From: Chiloscyllium plagiosum
Taxonomy: Eukaryota
Reading direction: 5' to 3'
Length of the DNA: 64,000 nucleotides
NCBI RefSeq assembly: GCF_004010195.1
Contig: NC_057750.1
Location: 6,180,438 to 6,244,437 of the forward strand
Numbering within the stretch: position 1 is the first letter of the stretch; the number at the start of each line of letters is the position of its first letter. Shown here one piece after another: positions 1-11,715 of the stretch. A program made the position numbers and the translations under genes. The notes below the pieces were generated by a model, which ran no database searches, had not been told where the DNA came from, and saw nothing but the letters and a program-made list of their open reading frames with translations.

Positions 1-165
1 AGTGTTTGTGTGACTGTGTACGTGTGTGTGTGTGTGAATATTATGTGTGTTTGAGAGAGGGTGTGAGTGTTTGTGTGACTGTGTACGTGTGTGTGTGTGA
101 ATATTATGTGTGTTTGAGAGAGGGTGTGAGTGTTTGTGTGACTGTGTACATGCCTGTGTGTGTAA
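1..165. repeat. TG-rich tandem repeat (about 65-bp unit, just over 2 copies)
   Basis: Unit agtgtttgtgtgactgtgtacgtgtg...aatattatgtgtgtttgagagagggtgtg repeats directly from position 1; a (TG)n run also lies at about 397-420. Confidence 0.85.
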
Positions 166-171
166 CTGCAG

Positions 172-385
172 CTACATTCTGATTCTGATTGTATGGAGGG
201 AGCCCTTGCCAAGTGCAATACACCTGATTTATTATTGGGAAGATGGGCACGGAGCACTGCTGGATTTTAACGAGAGAGGGAGACAGAAGCATACACACAA
301 CAGCATCGCCAGAGAGATTCTGATCACAACTGGGAAAGATCCTTATACCAACAGGGAGACAAATGGGAGGCTGAACTGGAAGAGG
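172..385 (+). other. Candidate upstream (probably non-coding) exon of the TUNAR-like gene
   Basis: Non-repetitive stretch between a possible acceptor (aactgcag, AG 170-171) and a donor-like GG|GTGAGA (GT 386-387). No transcript evidence. Confidence 0.25.
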
Positions 386-1682
386 GTGAGATTTATTTGT
401 GTGTGTGTGTGTGTGTGTGTAAAGAGATTTACGCACGATTATTCCTGGAGCTGAAGTTACATCAAAAAACCTCTTTCACTGCAGCAGAGATTGTAATCAT
501 TTGACTGTGTGTTTAATGTACCTTTGGACAGGACTTGGCCAAGGATGGGGGAGATGGGGAGAGGGTAAGGAGCAGAGTGATCTGATTCTTTCTGGTGGGG
601 GGGGGGGGGGGGGGGGGTGGTTTGGATTTTCTGTAATTTGAGGAACGGATCACATTTGAATCTCGAAGCAGGAGATGATGTTGTGACCCACACTGTGTAG
701 TCTGGTAAGTGACACCCCCCCCCTCCCTCACACACACACACCCTCAGAAAACCTCCTTATTTTTAAAGTGAATGTTATATATTTTTTCCCACCTGTTACC
801 GTGGGCCAGTGCAAAATGGAGCTGCAGATATTGCAGTCTGATGATTGCAGGGGCTAGTTCATTCTGAACACCCTCCTATGCGGTAGGACATTAATGCTTC
901 TGTTGCAGTATTGTGGCTGGGGGAGAATGCGAAAGTTGTTGTCCCGGTGCAAGTAATTCCCTCGCCTCTGCATCTCCCCGTCTCTGTGCTGCACTGGCAT
1001 TTTCTTTGAGGGGAAAATATAAGCACGTTGCTGTCAGTTTACCCCCCCCCCCCCCACACCCCCCTGATTTGCTGGGATCTTGCTCTCCCTCTTCCCGGTG
1101 TGTGTGTGCGTGTGGAATTAACAAGCTGAATTAAACATGGTCTGAGGGAGGGGGGGGAGGCTCGAAACCTGTTCTAGTTCTGTGCTGAAAGGATTTCCAT
1201 GATGTGACCACCCCAGGTTGTATCTGTGTTTCCTGTTTATGTGGGGGAGGCTGGGGGTGCTGGGGGGGGGTGGAGTGGTCTCTAATTAAACAAGGCGCCA
1301 GTCAAATGCAGCTCCAGATGTAGACAGTTCCTGTTACCCAACGTTTCCAGGTTGGGGAGGTAGCGGGGGGGCCTCAGGAACGCACCTCCATCTCCTCCCC
1401 GGCCCCAGTGTCCGTTCGCCCAGTGCACGAAATGTTGGGCTGATCCACTGCAGGGGCATCACAGTCTCACTCCCTTCAGCACCGGGGAGGGGAGGTGGGG
1501 GCTGCAATGCGAGTGAGAATCCCGGATTACCGAGTCCACTGCCCCCTCCTCTTCGGCCCAGCCTCCACCAGACACCTCCCCCATTCCTCCCCCCACCCCA
1601 CTACACATCTCCCCTCCACCTCCTCCCTCAGCTCTGTCCCTCCCCCTCTAGCCTCTTCACCGCACCCTCTACCCTTTTACCT

Positions 1683-1893
1683 NNNNNNNNNNNNNNNNNN
1701 NNNNNNNNNNNNNNNNNNNNNNNNNNNNNNNNNNNNNNNNNNNNNNNNNNNNNNNNNNNNNNNNNNNNNNNNNNNNNNNNNNNNNNNNNNNNNNNNNNNN
1801 NNNNNNNNNNNNNNNNNNNNNNNNNNNNNNNNNNNNNNNNNNNNNNNNNNNNNNNNNNNNNNNNNNNNNNNNNNNNNNNNNNNNNNNNNNNNN
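1683..1893. other. Assembly gap (N run) in a C/T-rich low-complexity tract
   Basis: Run of N flanked by pyrimidine-rich sequence. Confidence 0.99.
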
Positions 1894-2542
1894 CCTCATC
1901 CCCTTCCCATCCCCTCCCTCCCCTTCCTCCCCTGTCCTCCCTCTCCATCACCCTCTCCAAAACCCCTTGACCCTTCACCTTTGCCCCCGCCCAGCTGCTG
2001 CCTCCTCCCACTCTCTACCCTACCCTTCCCTCTCCCCTCCCTCACTTGCCCGTGACTTTTCCCTCTTGCTCCCTCTCTCCACACTCCCTCCATCACCTCC
2101 TTGCCCGTTTCTGTACCCTCCCCTACCATATGGAATATATTGAACCCACAACCTGCCTGTACAGTACCCCCACCCCCCCCAACACACATTTTGAGTTAAT
2201 GAACCAAACCAGTGGAAATTCTGGTTTTGGGGTTTACCTCCCACACCCCCTCTTAGCTCACAGGGGTGAGGGGTCAGCCTAGCAAGTCCCCCGCGTCGGT
2301 CAATATTTTGGAAGGGAAGGGGCGGTCTTGGGGAAGTGAAGGTTAAAGACAATCAGACACCCCCCTGCACCAACCCCCATGACCATCCCCCCCACAACAC
2401 GCGCCCCCCGCCAACCTCCTTCCCCTATCGGTGGACGTTTCAGATGAGGGAGAAAGTTGGGCGATGCCTTTCAATGCCGCATAGCCTGCTGCCAGCCAAT
2501 TAGATGGGTGGGGTCAGGAGTGTGGCCAGAGATCCTAGTGGG

Positions 2543-2712
2543 TAGATTAGATTAGATTCCCTACATTGTGGAAACAGGCCCTTCAGCCCAACTAGTGCAC
2601 ACCGACCCTCCGAAGAGTAACCCACCCAGACCCATTCCCCTTACCCTACATTCACCCCTGACTATGGGCAATCTAGCACGGCCCATTCACCCAACCTGTA
2701 CATCTTTGGATT
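2543..2712 (-). mobile_element. HE1-type SINE 3' part
   Basis: (GATTA)n tail followed by ...tgtggaaacaggcccttcagccc...ctatgggcaatctagcacggcc...catctttgga; matches fuller copies at 14156 and 45250. Confidence 0.8.
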
Positions 2713-2981
2713 TGGCTGGTTCTCAGGATGAGCTGCACCACCCCTTCCCCTCCGACCTTGTAGGGGCACGGGGAGATGAGAGAACAAGGGTTGTAGGATC
2801 TCGGAGCAGAATCAGGCCGCTCGGCCCATCGAGTCTGCTCCGCTGTTTGGTCATGGTTGATGTGTTTCTCAACCCCGTTCTCCATTGGACGACGGGGCCC
2901 GGATCTGATTTGCTGAGCTTCTTACCGTGTTGCTCCCCCCTTCTAGATCGGGAAGGCCTCGATTTTAAGAATCTCGTAAAG

Positions 2982-3140
2982 ATGGTGATCGTCGAACACA
3001 TCGAGGAGACGAGGATTGTTTGCCTTCCAGAGCCTGAGGATGAAGACAAGGAGGAGAGGATTCTGGCCATGCTCGGGATCAGTGGAACAATCCTCAATCT
3101 CCTGGTCATTATATTTGTCTACATTTACACAACCTTGTAA
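2982..3140 (+). CDS. TUNAR: TUNAR-family transmembrane microprotein (pTUNAR/BNLN-like), 52 aa: MVIVEHIEETRIVCLPEPEDEDKEERILAMLGISGTILNLLVIIFVYIYTTL
   Basis: ATG at 2982 in strong Kozak context (aagATGG), 35 nt after a splice acceptor (ctcccccttctAG, AG 2945-2946); TAA at 3138-3140. The MVI start and the C-terminal KEE..LAMLGI.GTILNL.VIIFVYIYTTL match the mammalian TUNAR microprotein as I recall it (MVITSEN...KEESVLAMLGIIGTILNLIVIIFVYIYTTL). Ortholog versus paralog is unresolved. Confidence 0.88.
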   Translation: MVIVEHIEETRIVCLPEPEDEDKEERILAMLGISGTILNLLVIIFVYIYTTL

Positions 3141-4779
3141 CGGCCTGAGACTGGGAGGTGTGGAGGGGCAAACAGAGACAGAGAGGGAGTGGTCGGGGAA
3201 GGGGGGTCATGGCAAGATGGCTGTGGGGGTCCGGAAACAAATGGAACTGGAAACTCCCAGGAGCCTGGGCCTTCCTCCTGGTCTCCGTGGAAACCGGCGA
3301 CCAAGCCCCAGGCTTTAGCTTCTGGAAATGGCGGCGTGTGAACTGGAAACTCCGCTGAGGTCGAGCGACGTTGAGATCATTCCTGCCGCCGACATGGGCC
3401 CACGGTTTATTCGGGCGTTCCGAGATCACAGAGGCCTAAGTTCGGAATTCCAGAGGTCGCGTTGGAAAGGGGGATCCAACTGGGCCCCGTTCCCTCCAGA
3501 TTCCTGACTGCGGTTGAGTTGGCCTGTCACCAATCTTTGCCTCCGCCATTAACCCCCCACCTCCCCCCTCCAACTCCACCCGACCCCCTCACACTCACCC
3601 CTCCCCTCTCCCCTCACACCCACTCCTCAACCCCTCCCCCTCACCCCCTCACACCCATCCCTCCCCTCTCCCTCACACCAACCCCTCAACCCCTCCTCTC
3701 CTCCCCCTCACACCCACCCCTCTGCCCCTCCCCCTCACCCCCACCCCTCCCCATGCTCCCTTATGCCCCATGCGAGGGACGAGTGTTGGGAAAGTGGGGT
3801 GGGGGAGGGGGTAGTGGGTAGGGGAGGCGTGGCACAACGCCCCCTCCCTTCCCTTTACGGGAAGATCTGGCTGATCACCCAGGAGGATTGGCTTCCTGAG
3901 ACGTAGGGGTGTAGGGAGAGTGGTGGGTGGGGTAGGTTGCTGGGATCTCAGGGAGTCGCTAAGAGGGGTCTCCGGTTTGGGATTGGGTGGTGGGGGGAAG
4001 GGAGGGTGTCGCTACATCCCAACAGGCTGGGTAAGGGGGGGTTGGGTGGTGGCAGGCGGCGAGGGTGTGGACCAAACCTTTTTCACACGGGGAGACAGAT
4101 GATTTTCCGTTTCTCGCCGATTCTCCCGGATGGTGCAGAATTGCCGAGGGAGCGAGAATGCAGTGCCACTCTCCCCCTAGAGACGTATCAATTTACTCAA
4201 TCCCTACCACCTCCCTTCCCCCCCCTCCACCTATCTGTACCTATCCACTCTGTGAGGGTGGGGAAGAATGGACACAACCAGTGAGGGGTGCTTCACCGGG
4301 GTGGGGGAGGGTAAGGGGCGCTGAACAAGGGAGAGGGAATCAGCTATGGCTCATGGGGGACAGGGAATGTCTCCTGGGTTCCAGCGGTGGTTGGTTGATG
4401 AAGACTAGGCTTTGGCCTTCATTGAGATATTCTTGACCCTAAGCTGACCCTCGGGAGTAGGGCTTGACTGGAGACCCCTCTCTCTGAGTCTGAAGTGAGA
4501 GATTACCCCCCCACCCCAATCCCCACACTGCAAACCCACCCTTCCTCATCCTGCCAATGCCCTCCAAGTCATTCATGGCTCACCTGCTCACTCCCAGGAT
4601 AACTCCCACAGACCCAGTCCCGTTCCCCGTCTCCTTGTCATCTGTTAGACGGCTACCATCAACCCAGCAATCGACCCTTGATGGACCAACCTCTGGACAG
4701 TCGAGTCTTGCTTTGCACCTGACAACCTCAAGTGAACTCCATTGGCAGCCGTTGTTCCCAGTACAGGTGACAATACTCC

Positions 4780-5775
4780 CTGTAAGTGCCTAAGAACTCG
4801 AGTCATTCCAGCCAGGCTTCTTGCTGCTAATTACTGTGCAATGTCCATGTCCATGTGCATCGGGATCTGGACAACATCCAGGCTTGGGCTGATCAGTGGT
4901 GACTAGTATCTGTGCCACACAAGTGCCAGGCAATGCCCATCTCCTACAAAAGAGAGACCAACCACCTCCCTGTGACATTCAATGGCATTACCATCACTGA
5001 ATTCTTCTATGGTGTAACCATCACTGAATGCCCCAATAGCATTACCATTGCTGAATGCCCCAATGGTGTTACCATCACTGAATCCCCCAGTGGTGTTACC
5101 ATCACTGAATCCCCCACTATCAATATTCTGAGGTTGCCATTGAGCAGAGACTGAACTGGATAAGCCATATCAACACAGTGGCTACCAGAGCAGGTCAGAG
5201 GCTCGGAATACTGCGGTGAGTAACTCCCCTCCTGACTCCCCAAAGCCTGTCCACCGTCTACAAGGCACAAGTCAGGAGTGTGAGGGAATACTCCCCACTT
5301 GCCCTGGATGGGGGCAGCTCCAACAACACTCAAGAAGCTCGACACCATCCAGGACAAAGCAGCCCCCGCTTGATTGGCACCACATCCACAAACATCCACT
5401 CCCTCCCCCAAAGCCGCTTAGTAACAGCAGTGTGTACCATCTACAAGATGCACTGCAGCAACTCACCCAGGCTCCTTAGGCAATACCTTCCAAATTTGTG
5501 AACTTTAATCCCTAGAAAGACAAGGGCAGCAGATCCATGGGAACACCACCCCCTGCAAGGTCCTCTCCCAACCACTCCTGACCCTGATTTGGAAATACAT
5601 CGCTGTTCCTTCAGTGTCGCTGGGTCAGAATCCTGGAATTCCCTCCCTCAGGGCATTGTGGGTCAACCCACAGCACATGGACTGCAGCGGTTCAAGAAGG
5701 CAGCTCACCCCCACCTTCTCAAGGGGGCAACTAGCCTGGTCTTGCCAGCGATGCCAAATTCCCCCAGAATTAATT
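4780..5775 (+). mobile_element. CR1/L2-clade LINE 3' fragment (RT C-terminal remnant plus 3' UTR)
   Basis: Degenerate gacaacatccaggcttgggctgat...gtctacaaggcacaagtcaggagtgtgagggaatactcccca (YKAQVRSV.EYSP-like), with frameshifts. Related pieces occur at 17650-19190 (-), 21160-21720 (+) and 61660-61900 (+). Confidence 0.75.
4981..5115 (+). repeat. 27-bp tandem repeat, 5 copies, inside the LINE fragment
   Basis: Unit aatggtgttaccatcactgaatgcccc; reads NGITITEFF/YGVTITECP/NSITIAECP/NGVTITESP/SGVTITESP in ORF 4912..5154. Confidence 0.9.
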
Positions 5776-7958
5776 TTTTAAAAAGGGCCTCCTGTCTCTG
5801 AAGTGGTAAAAAGTTGCCAAGACTGACTCACTGAGCTGTGCAACCGAAAACAGGACTACAATAATTGGACAGTCGTTTCAATCCTTGGCCCACTCCAAGT
5901 CTGAAATAAAACTGAACTATGGGCGTCAATAAGAAAGAAAAGGTTAAATATGGCAGCGATCTCAGTGCCACTTGGATGGTAGCATTCCTTCATCTCACAC
6001 TGTGACTCCCTCGCTGACAGGCCAGTCTGCTACTCGGTTTCAAGTGTCTTGGTGAGAATTCTGAGTTCAGTTCCCGCACTGTCCCTTTATTTTATCGTGA
6101 TTTTCAGTCACGGGCTGTGATTCTAGCGTCAGGATTATCGACTGAAATCTGCGACAGACCTCTGCTTCACCTCACAGACGATTGTCACGCCATTATAGAG
6201 ACTGAGGAAGTCCAAGGGAGGAAGCTGGTGGGGAGCACGAATTTAGCGCCCAGTCCAGATGGGCCGAACGACCTGTTTCTGCGCTGCGGATTCACCAAAT
6301 TATGGGGAGATGGCGGCGCCATGGTTTTGTCACAGGAATCCATAGGCACAGGCTAATGTTCTGAGGGACGTATGGTGGAATCCAAATCAAATTAGTATAT
6401 AGGGGGAGTTGAAAGCTAGTCACGGTTACCATGACTACCACCGTCAATTGTCATCAAAAGCCTTCACCAGCGTCCCTTTCGGGAAGGAAATCTGCCACCC
6501 TTACCAGGTCTAGCCTACACGTGACTCCAGGCCCACAGCGATGGGGTAACTCAACTGCCCTCCAAAAGGGCAATAAGAGATGGGCACATCTTCTGAAAGA
6601 ACAACTATCTCTCCACACTAACCCTCCTCCTGTGGACTGTGGATTTCCTCTGAAAGTGGCAATGGGCACCATCTTGAATTCTTACGCCCACAGCCGTGAC
6701 CTCTGACCTTCGCAGCACAAGCTTACTGAGCCTCCCATTGGCTCTTACGGCTCGAATTTTTGAGGTTCTCAGCTGATGGTGGCCATAACATGTGGAATTG
6801 TTCACGTTGAGACATGTGTCCTTGTGAAAATTGGCCCTTTCAGAGCACGGGCCTCCCTCAATAGCTGGGGGTTTGCTAACTAATGATCGCCCAAGTGACG
6901 ATCTGTGGGAAAGAAATGCCTTAGTCTCTGGAACCCAGTGTGGGTTTGTAAGTGACTCCAGTCCCAGCCCAGCCTGGGTGACTCTGAAGAACTTGCCTGA
7001 GTGACACCCAGGCAGTGGTATCGAAGTCCCTGAGGATGCCCACTCTCCCCATCTCAGAGGGTCTGACAATAAATCCTGGTCTTACCAGTGAATCCCAAAC
7101 TCCCCCCAAGAGAAGGAGATGAACCCAGCACAAGGCAGACTTCTCTTCAGACGATGCAACATGTGCTTTAAGGGCTGCCATGGCTCACTTAGGCCCTCCG
7201 GTGGTGAATAGGTTCTCCTGCAGCATAGCAATGCCAGGGGGATGCCTTCACAAACTGGGGTAGGCCATTCGGCCTTTTGAGCCTGCTCCCCCATTCATGG
7301 CCTTTCATCCAACTCAGTCCCTGCTTTCTCCTCCTCACCCTTTCGGTTCCTTCTGCTCTGAGAACTGTGTCTGACTCCTTCTTGAAAATATTCAGTGTTT
7401 TGCCCTCAACCTCTGGGCAGAGAATTCCCCAGGCTCCCCACTCTCTGGGTGAAGAGATTTCTCCCCACCTCAGTCCTTCCCCATTATCCTTAGATTGGGA
7501 CCTCCCCGGGTTGTCACGAATATCCATCCTGCGTTTATCCTGTCTAATCCTGTACAAATTTTACAGGTTTCTGTGAGACGTCGCCCTCATTCTCCCAAAC
7601 CCGTGAATATAATCCTAACCCACCCAGTCTCTCTTCCCTCTTCAGTCTTGCTATCCAAGAGTCAGTCTGGTGGACCTAATCACTGATAAAGGCAACTCCT
7701 ACTGCGGGGTTCAGCTCTGGCCGAGAGTGTGTTTTTCCTCGAAAAATGGTCTGTGTTTATTAGAAAATCCCCACCCCTTCCGAAGAAGGCAAGGCCATTT
7801 GGCACCTCTTAGCCATGTTATCCCTTTAGAAGAGCACTTAGTCCCACACAGTGTAAAACTATGCAGGGCACTAGCTGGGTCATGGCTGGAATGCTATGAT
7901 CAGTTTTGGATCTGTAACTAAGGAAAGACATAGTTGAAGGCAGTCCAGAGAAGGTTCA

Positions 7959-8111
7959 GTCAATAGACGTGAGGCTGGAAAAACACAGCGGGTCAGACAG
8001 TATCCAAGGAGCGGGAGAGTCAATGCTTCGGGATGCTGTCTGAGCTGCTGTGTTTTTCCAGCCTCACATCTATTGACTCTGGTTTCCAGCATCTGCAGTC
8101 CTTACTGTGTC
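7959..8111. mobile_element. Short PLE-derived inverted-repeat insertion (family B-related)
   Basis: Arms gctggaaaaacacagc... and ...gctgtgtttttccagc; flanked by duplicated ccagagaaggttca (7945-7958, 8112-8125) within a CR1 remnant. Confidence 0.75.
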
Positions 8112-8130
8112 CCAGAGAAGGTTCACTAGG

Positions 8131-8313
8131 ATTAATAGGAGAAAGTGAGGACTGCAGATGATTAGAGTCAAGAGTGTGGTGCTGGAAAAGCACAGCAGGT
8201 CAGGCAGCATCGAGGTGCAGGAGAGTCGACGTTTCGGGCATAAGCCCTTCATCAGGAATTCTGCTTTCATCAGGATGCTACCTGACCAGCTTTTCCAGCA
8301 CCAAACTCTAGAC
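8131..8313 (-). mobile_element. Short PLE-derived insertion (family B) with hammerhead core
   Basis: Matches the 3' end of the PLE at 20023-20578; flanked by duplicated tcactagg (8123-8130, 8314-8321). Confidence 0.8.
8224..8259 (-). ncRNA. Minimal type I hammerhead ribozyme motif (PLE family B)
   Basis: Minus strand reads attc-CTGATGA-a-gggc-ttat-gccc-GAAA-C-GTC-gact: intact core, 4-bp stem II, GUC triplet. Confidence 0.7.
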
Positions 8314-8704
8314 TCACTAGGGCTGCTGTCTTCAAGAGAGGTTAACTATACTGGGCTTGTACTCACTGGAATTGGGAGAGACCATCTTATTAAAACATAC
8401 AAGATTCTTAGAGGACTTGACGAGGTAGATGCGGAGAGATTGTTTCTCCTTGTGGGAAAGTCTAGGACCAGAGGGCATCACCTCGGAATAAAGAGTCACC
8501 CATTTAAGACGAAAACAAGGAGGAATCTCATCCCTCAGACGGTAATGAATCTTTGCCGATTCCTGTGCAAATGGCTTAACAGATTCTCTGTGAGAAAGCT
8601 CCTGCTTTCACTGCCCTTTCAGGCAAGGTGTTCCTGATCAAACAACTTGCCACCTTTCAAACTAACATCTCATCTTCTCCCTGGGACCTCCCCAACTTTC
8701 GCCG

Positions 8705-8739
<35 letters not shown>

Positions 8740-8748
8740 GTCTCTCTA
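8705..8748. repeat. (CT)n microsatellite
   Basis: Direct reading. Confidence 0.95.
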
Positions 8749-9762
8749 TCAGTCTGTGGCCTCTATAGTTCCTGACACCACCTCTGCCACTACAAACCCA
8801 ACTCTCCACCTACCGTTCTGACGATTACCCTCAGATATCTTAAACCCAGATCGTTCGTTGTGGCCAAATCTGCAAAAAAAAACTACATGAGTGGAAGGGA
8901 GACCTTTTCCGTTGTGGACTTTCAGAAGGAATATATGGAACTTGAAATAGCTGGTCTTGTCACCTCTGTGAAAAATGGCAGGATTTTTTAAAAAAACAAG
9001 CATTTTATTCAAGATCACTGCAAATAATGGACATTTTTTTTTATTTTTAAAACTGTATCCTATGTCTAAGTCTCAGATTCTATCATACTAGACCTCAAAG
9101 CATGTCTAATATGTAGTCTATCGTAGGATCTGTAAACTCTGTGGTTATCCTTCAGATACTGAGTTGATCCAGCTAAGATTTGTAAAGTAACCCCTGTCTG
9201 GTTTGCAGCAGAGGGAGTTGTTTGCCCCAAACTGTGGCTGGAAGGGGGGAGAGATAGTGTCAACAGGATTCCTAGTGGAAAATGCACATGTGGTTGTTGA
9301 TGGACATTGACTGTTACTGTCATGCACCCCAGCGTCTGCTTGTCAGCTCATGTCTTGCCTGGGAGAGCAGACGCCTCTATCCTACCTCCCCCTGCCCGGA
9401 GTGGGTGGGTGTTAGGGAGGATGTGATACTTGGAGAGGGAAGGGGAGGTTAATACAAGGAGCTGGGAGAAAGGAGAGCTTCCACCGTGCAGAACACACTG
9501 TTGTCTTTTCTTCCAATCCTTGAGACAAAGGGAAGAGCAGCGTTTACCTTCCTGCTCCCAAGTACCCCATTCCCGGTGGATGTGTGTGTGGAGATCTCAA
9601 AGAACCTCCTTGAACCTTGCGGCAAACTTGGTCCATTGTACACACTGTCCAGACCAGGAATCTCAGGGAGACCACCCATTCTGGGGTCTGTGTTGGGTGT
9701 GGGGTGTGAGTGTGTGGTGGGGGAGTGTGTGTGTGTGTGGTGGGGGAGTGTGTGTGTGTGTG

Positions 9763-10469
9763 NNNNNNNNNNNNNNNNNNNNNNNNNNNNNNNNNNNNNN
9801 NNNNNNNNNNNNNNNNNNNNNNNNNNNNNNNNNNNNNNNNNNNNNNNNNNNNNNNNNNNNNNNNNNNNNNNNNNNNNNNNNNNNNNNNNNNNNNNNNNNN
9901 NNNNNNNNNNNNNNNNNNNNNNNNNNNNNNNNNNNNNNNNNNNNNNNNNNNNNNNNNNNNNNNNNNNNNNNNNNNNNNNNNNNNNNNNNNNNNNNNNNNN
10001 NNNNNNNNNNNNNNNNNNNNNNNNNNNNNNNNNNNNNNNNNNNNNNNNNNNNNNNNNNNNNNNNNNNNNNNNNNNNNNNNNNNNNNNNNNNNNNNNNNNN
10101 NNNNNNNNNNNNNNNNNNNNNNNNNNNNNNNNNNNNNNNNNNNNNNNNNNNNNNNNNNNNNNNNNNNNNNNNNNNNNNNNNNNNNNNNNNNNNNNNNNNN
10201 NNNNNNNNNNNNNNNNNNNNNNNNNNNNNNNNNNNNNNNNNNNNNNNNNNNNNNNNNNNNNNNNNNNNNNNNNNNNNNNNNNNNNNNNNNNNNNNNNNNN
10301 NNNNNNNNNNNNNNNNNNNNNNNNNNNNNNNNNNNNNNNNNNNNNNNNNNNNNNNNNNNNNNNNNNNNNNNNNNNNNNNNNNNNNNNNNNNNNNNNNNNN
10401 NNNNNNNNNNNNNNNNNNNNNNNNNNNNNNNNNNNNNNNNNNNNNNNNNNNNNNNNNNNNNNNNNNNNN
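9763..10469. other. Assembly gap (N run) in a GT-rich simple repeat
   Basis: Run of N flanked by (GT)n and G-rich repeats. Confidence 0.99.
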
Positions 10470-11709
10470 TGGGGTGGGGGGGGTGGGGGTGGTGATGTAA
10501 CTGGATATGTAACCTCTGGGCCCAGGCCAGGGCTTTGGATGATGTTTGAAATCAGTGAACAAAATTTGGAACTGAAAGGCACATTCAATGATAGTGACCA
10601 CCAAACTGTTCAAAACCCATCTTGTTCACGAATGCCTTTTGCAGTGGGGGGGGGAGAGTTTGCTGTCCTTACCTGGTCTGGCCTACATGTGACTCCAGAC
10701 CCATGGTGATGGGGTTGACTCTTACCTGCCCAATTAGTTGAGCAAGACACGGTTCAAGGGGCAATCAGGGATGAGTGCCAAACTCTGGCCTTGCCAATGA
10801 TGCCCACATCCCTTGAACTAACAGAAGTTATCAGGAAACGATAGAAGCAATTTTCCAGCAGCCTCCCATTCCCAGTTGATGACCTGCTGGACAATGTCGA
10901 ACAAACCTTGCCTTTTCCCCATCCATTGTGCTGGCCATCATTCGACACCCGGTCTTCCAGCTCTCGCACGAAACCTCCTGGGGATGGAGGACCTGCTGCA
11001 TGTATACCAGATGCCGAGGATGTGTGCGGAACGGAACAGATCAGTGTTGGGGTGTTTGGGATCTCTCAAAGTCCGGGCTTGGGGGATGGGTGGGAGGTGC
11101 GCGTGTTGGTCTGACATACAGCGAGTAGGATAACTCCTGGTCTGACACAGCGTGCACCAAGGGATGGGACTGATCTCATATCCATCTGCCAGAAGAAGTT
11201 CTGTCTCTTTTGGAGCCATTGGCAGTGTAAGCCTTTATTTTAATTGACCTGTTCTGCCAAGTCAGTGCCCTTGGTACACATTGTGGTCTGATGTTCACTG
11301 TGCACCCCACTCTGTAACAGAGTCCAAATTGCAGTCATCTGGGGCTTGGTGGTAACTCCAATCCCACCCCCCAACCACCAGGCGATGAAACTTGCGTCTT
11401 AGTCAATACTGCCTCTACCCCCTCCCCTTTTCTCTGCCCATCACCCACCCCCCTTCCCCATGTTAGATTCTTACAGAGATCTATTTGATATTCGCAACCG
11501 GATGTTCATGGGAATGGGTTGAAGTCTTCAACTGTGACCCCCCCCTCGAGATGCCTTGGGACGGAGGGGGTTGTCAAAGTTTGGCCGTTGCTGTGGTGTG
11601 TGGGTGTTTGGGACAGTGAGATGTTGCAGTGTTTGTTCAAGGCACAATCGCTGTGCCATTTCCACTGAAGGTGACTTTAAGTGTATAAATTATTCTCTTT
11701 TTTTTTCCA

Positions 11710-11715
11710 AATAAA
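11710..11715 (+). terminator. Candidate polyadenylation signal of the TUNAR-like gene
   Basis: AATAAA after a U-rich tract (ttctcttttttttcc), with T/GT-rich sequence downstream, at the end of a unique UTR-like stretch. Confidence 0.3.

Noticed and set aside
1495..2055. Pro/Ser-rich ORFs spanning the first gap
   Set aside because: Low-complexity C/T tract plus N run; not credible coding sequence.
2568..2981. N-terminal 138 codons of the 190-aa ORF 2568..3140
   Set aside because: Starts in a SINE and crosses a LINE-end fragment and a splice acceptor; only 2982-3140 resembles a known protein.
9430..10709. Several 260-400 aa ORFs
   Set aside because: Their length comes from translating Ns.
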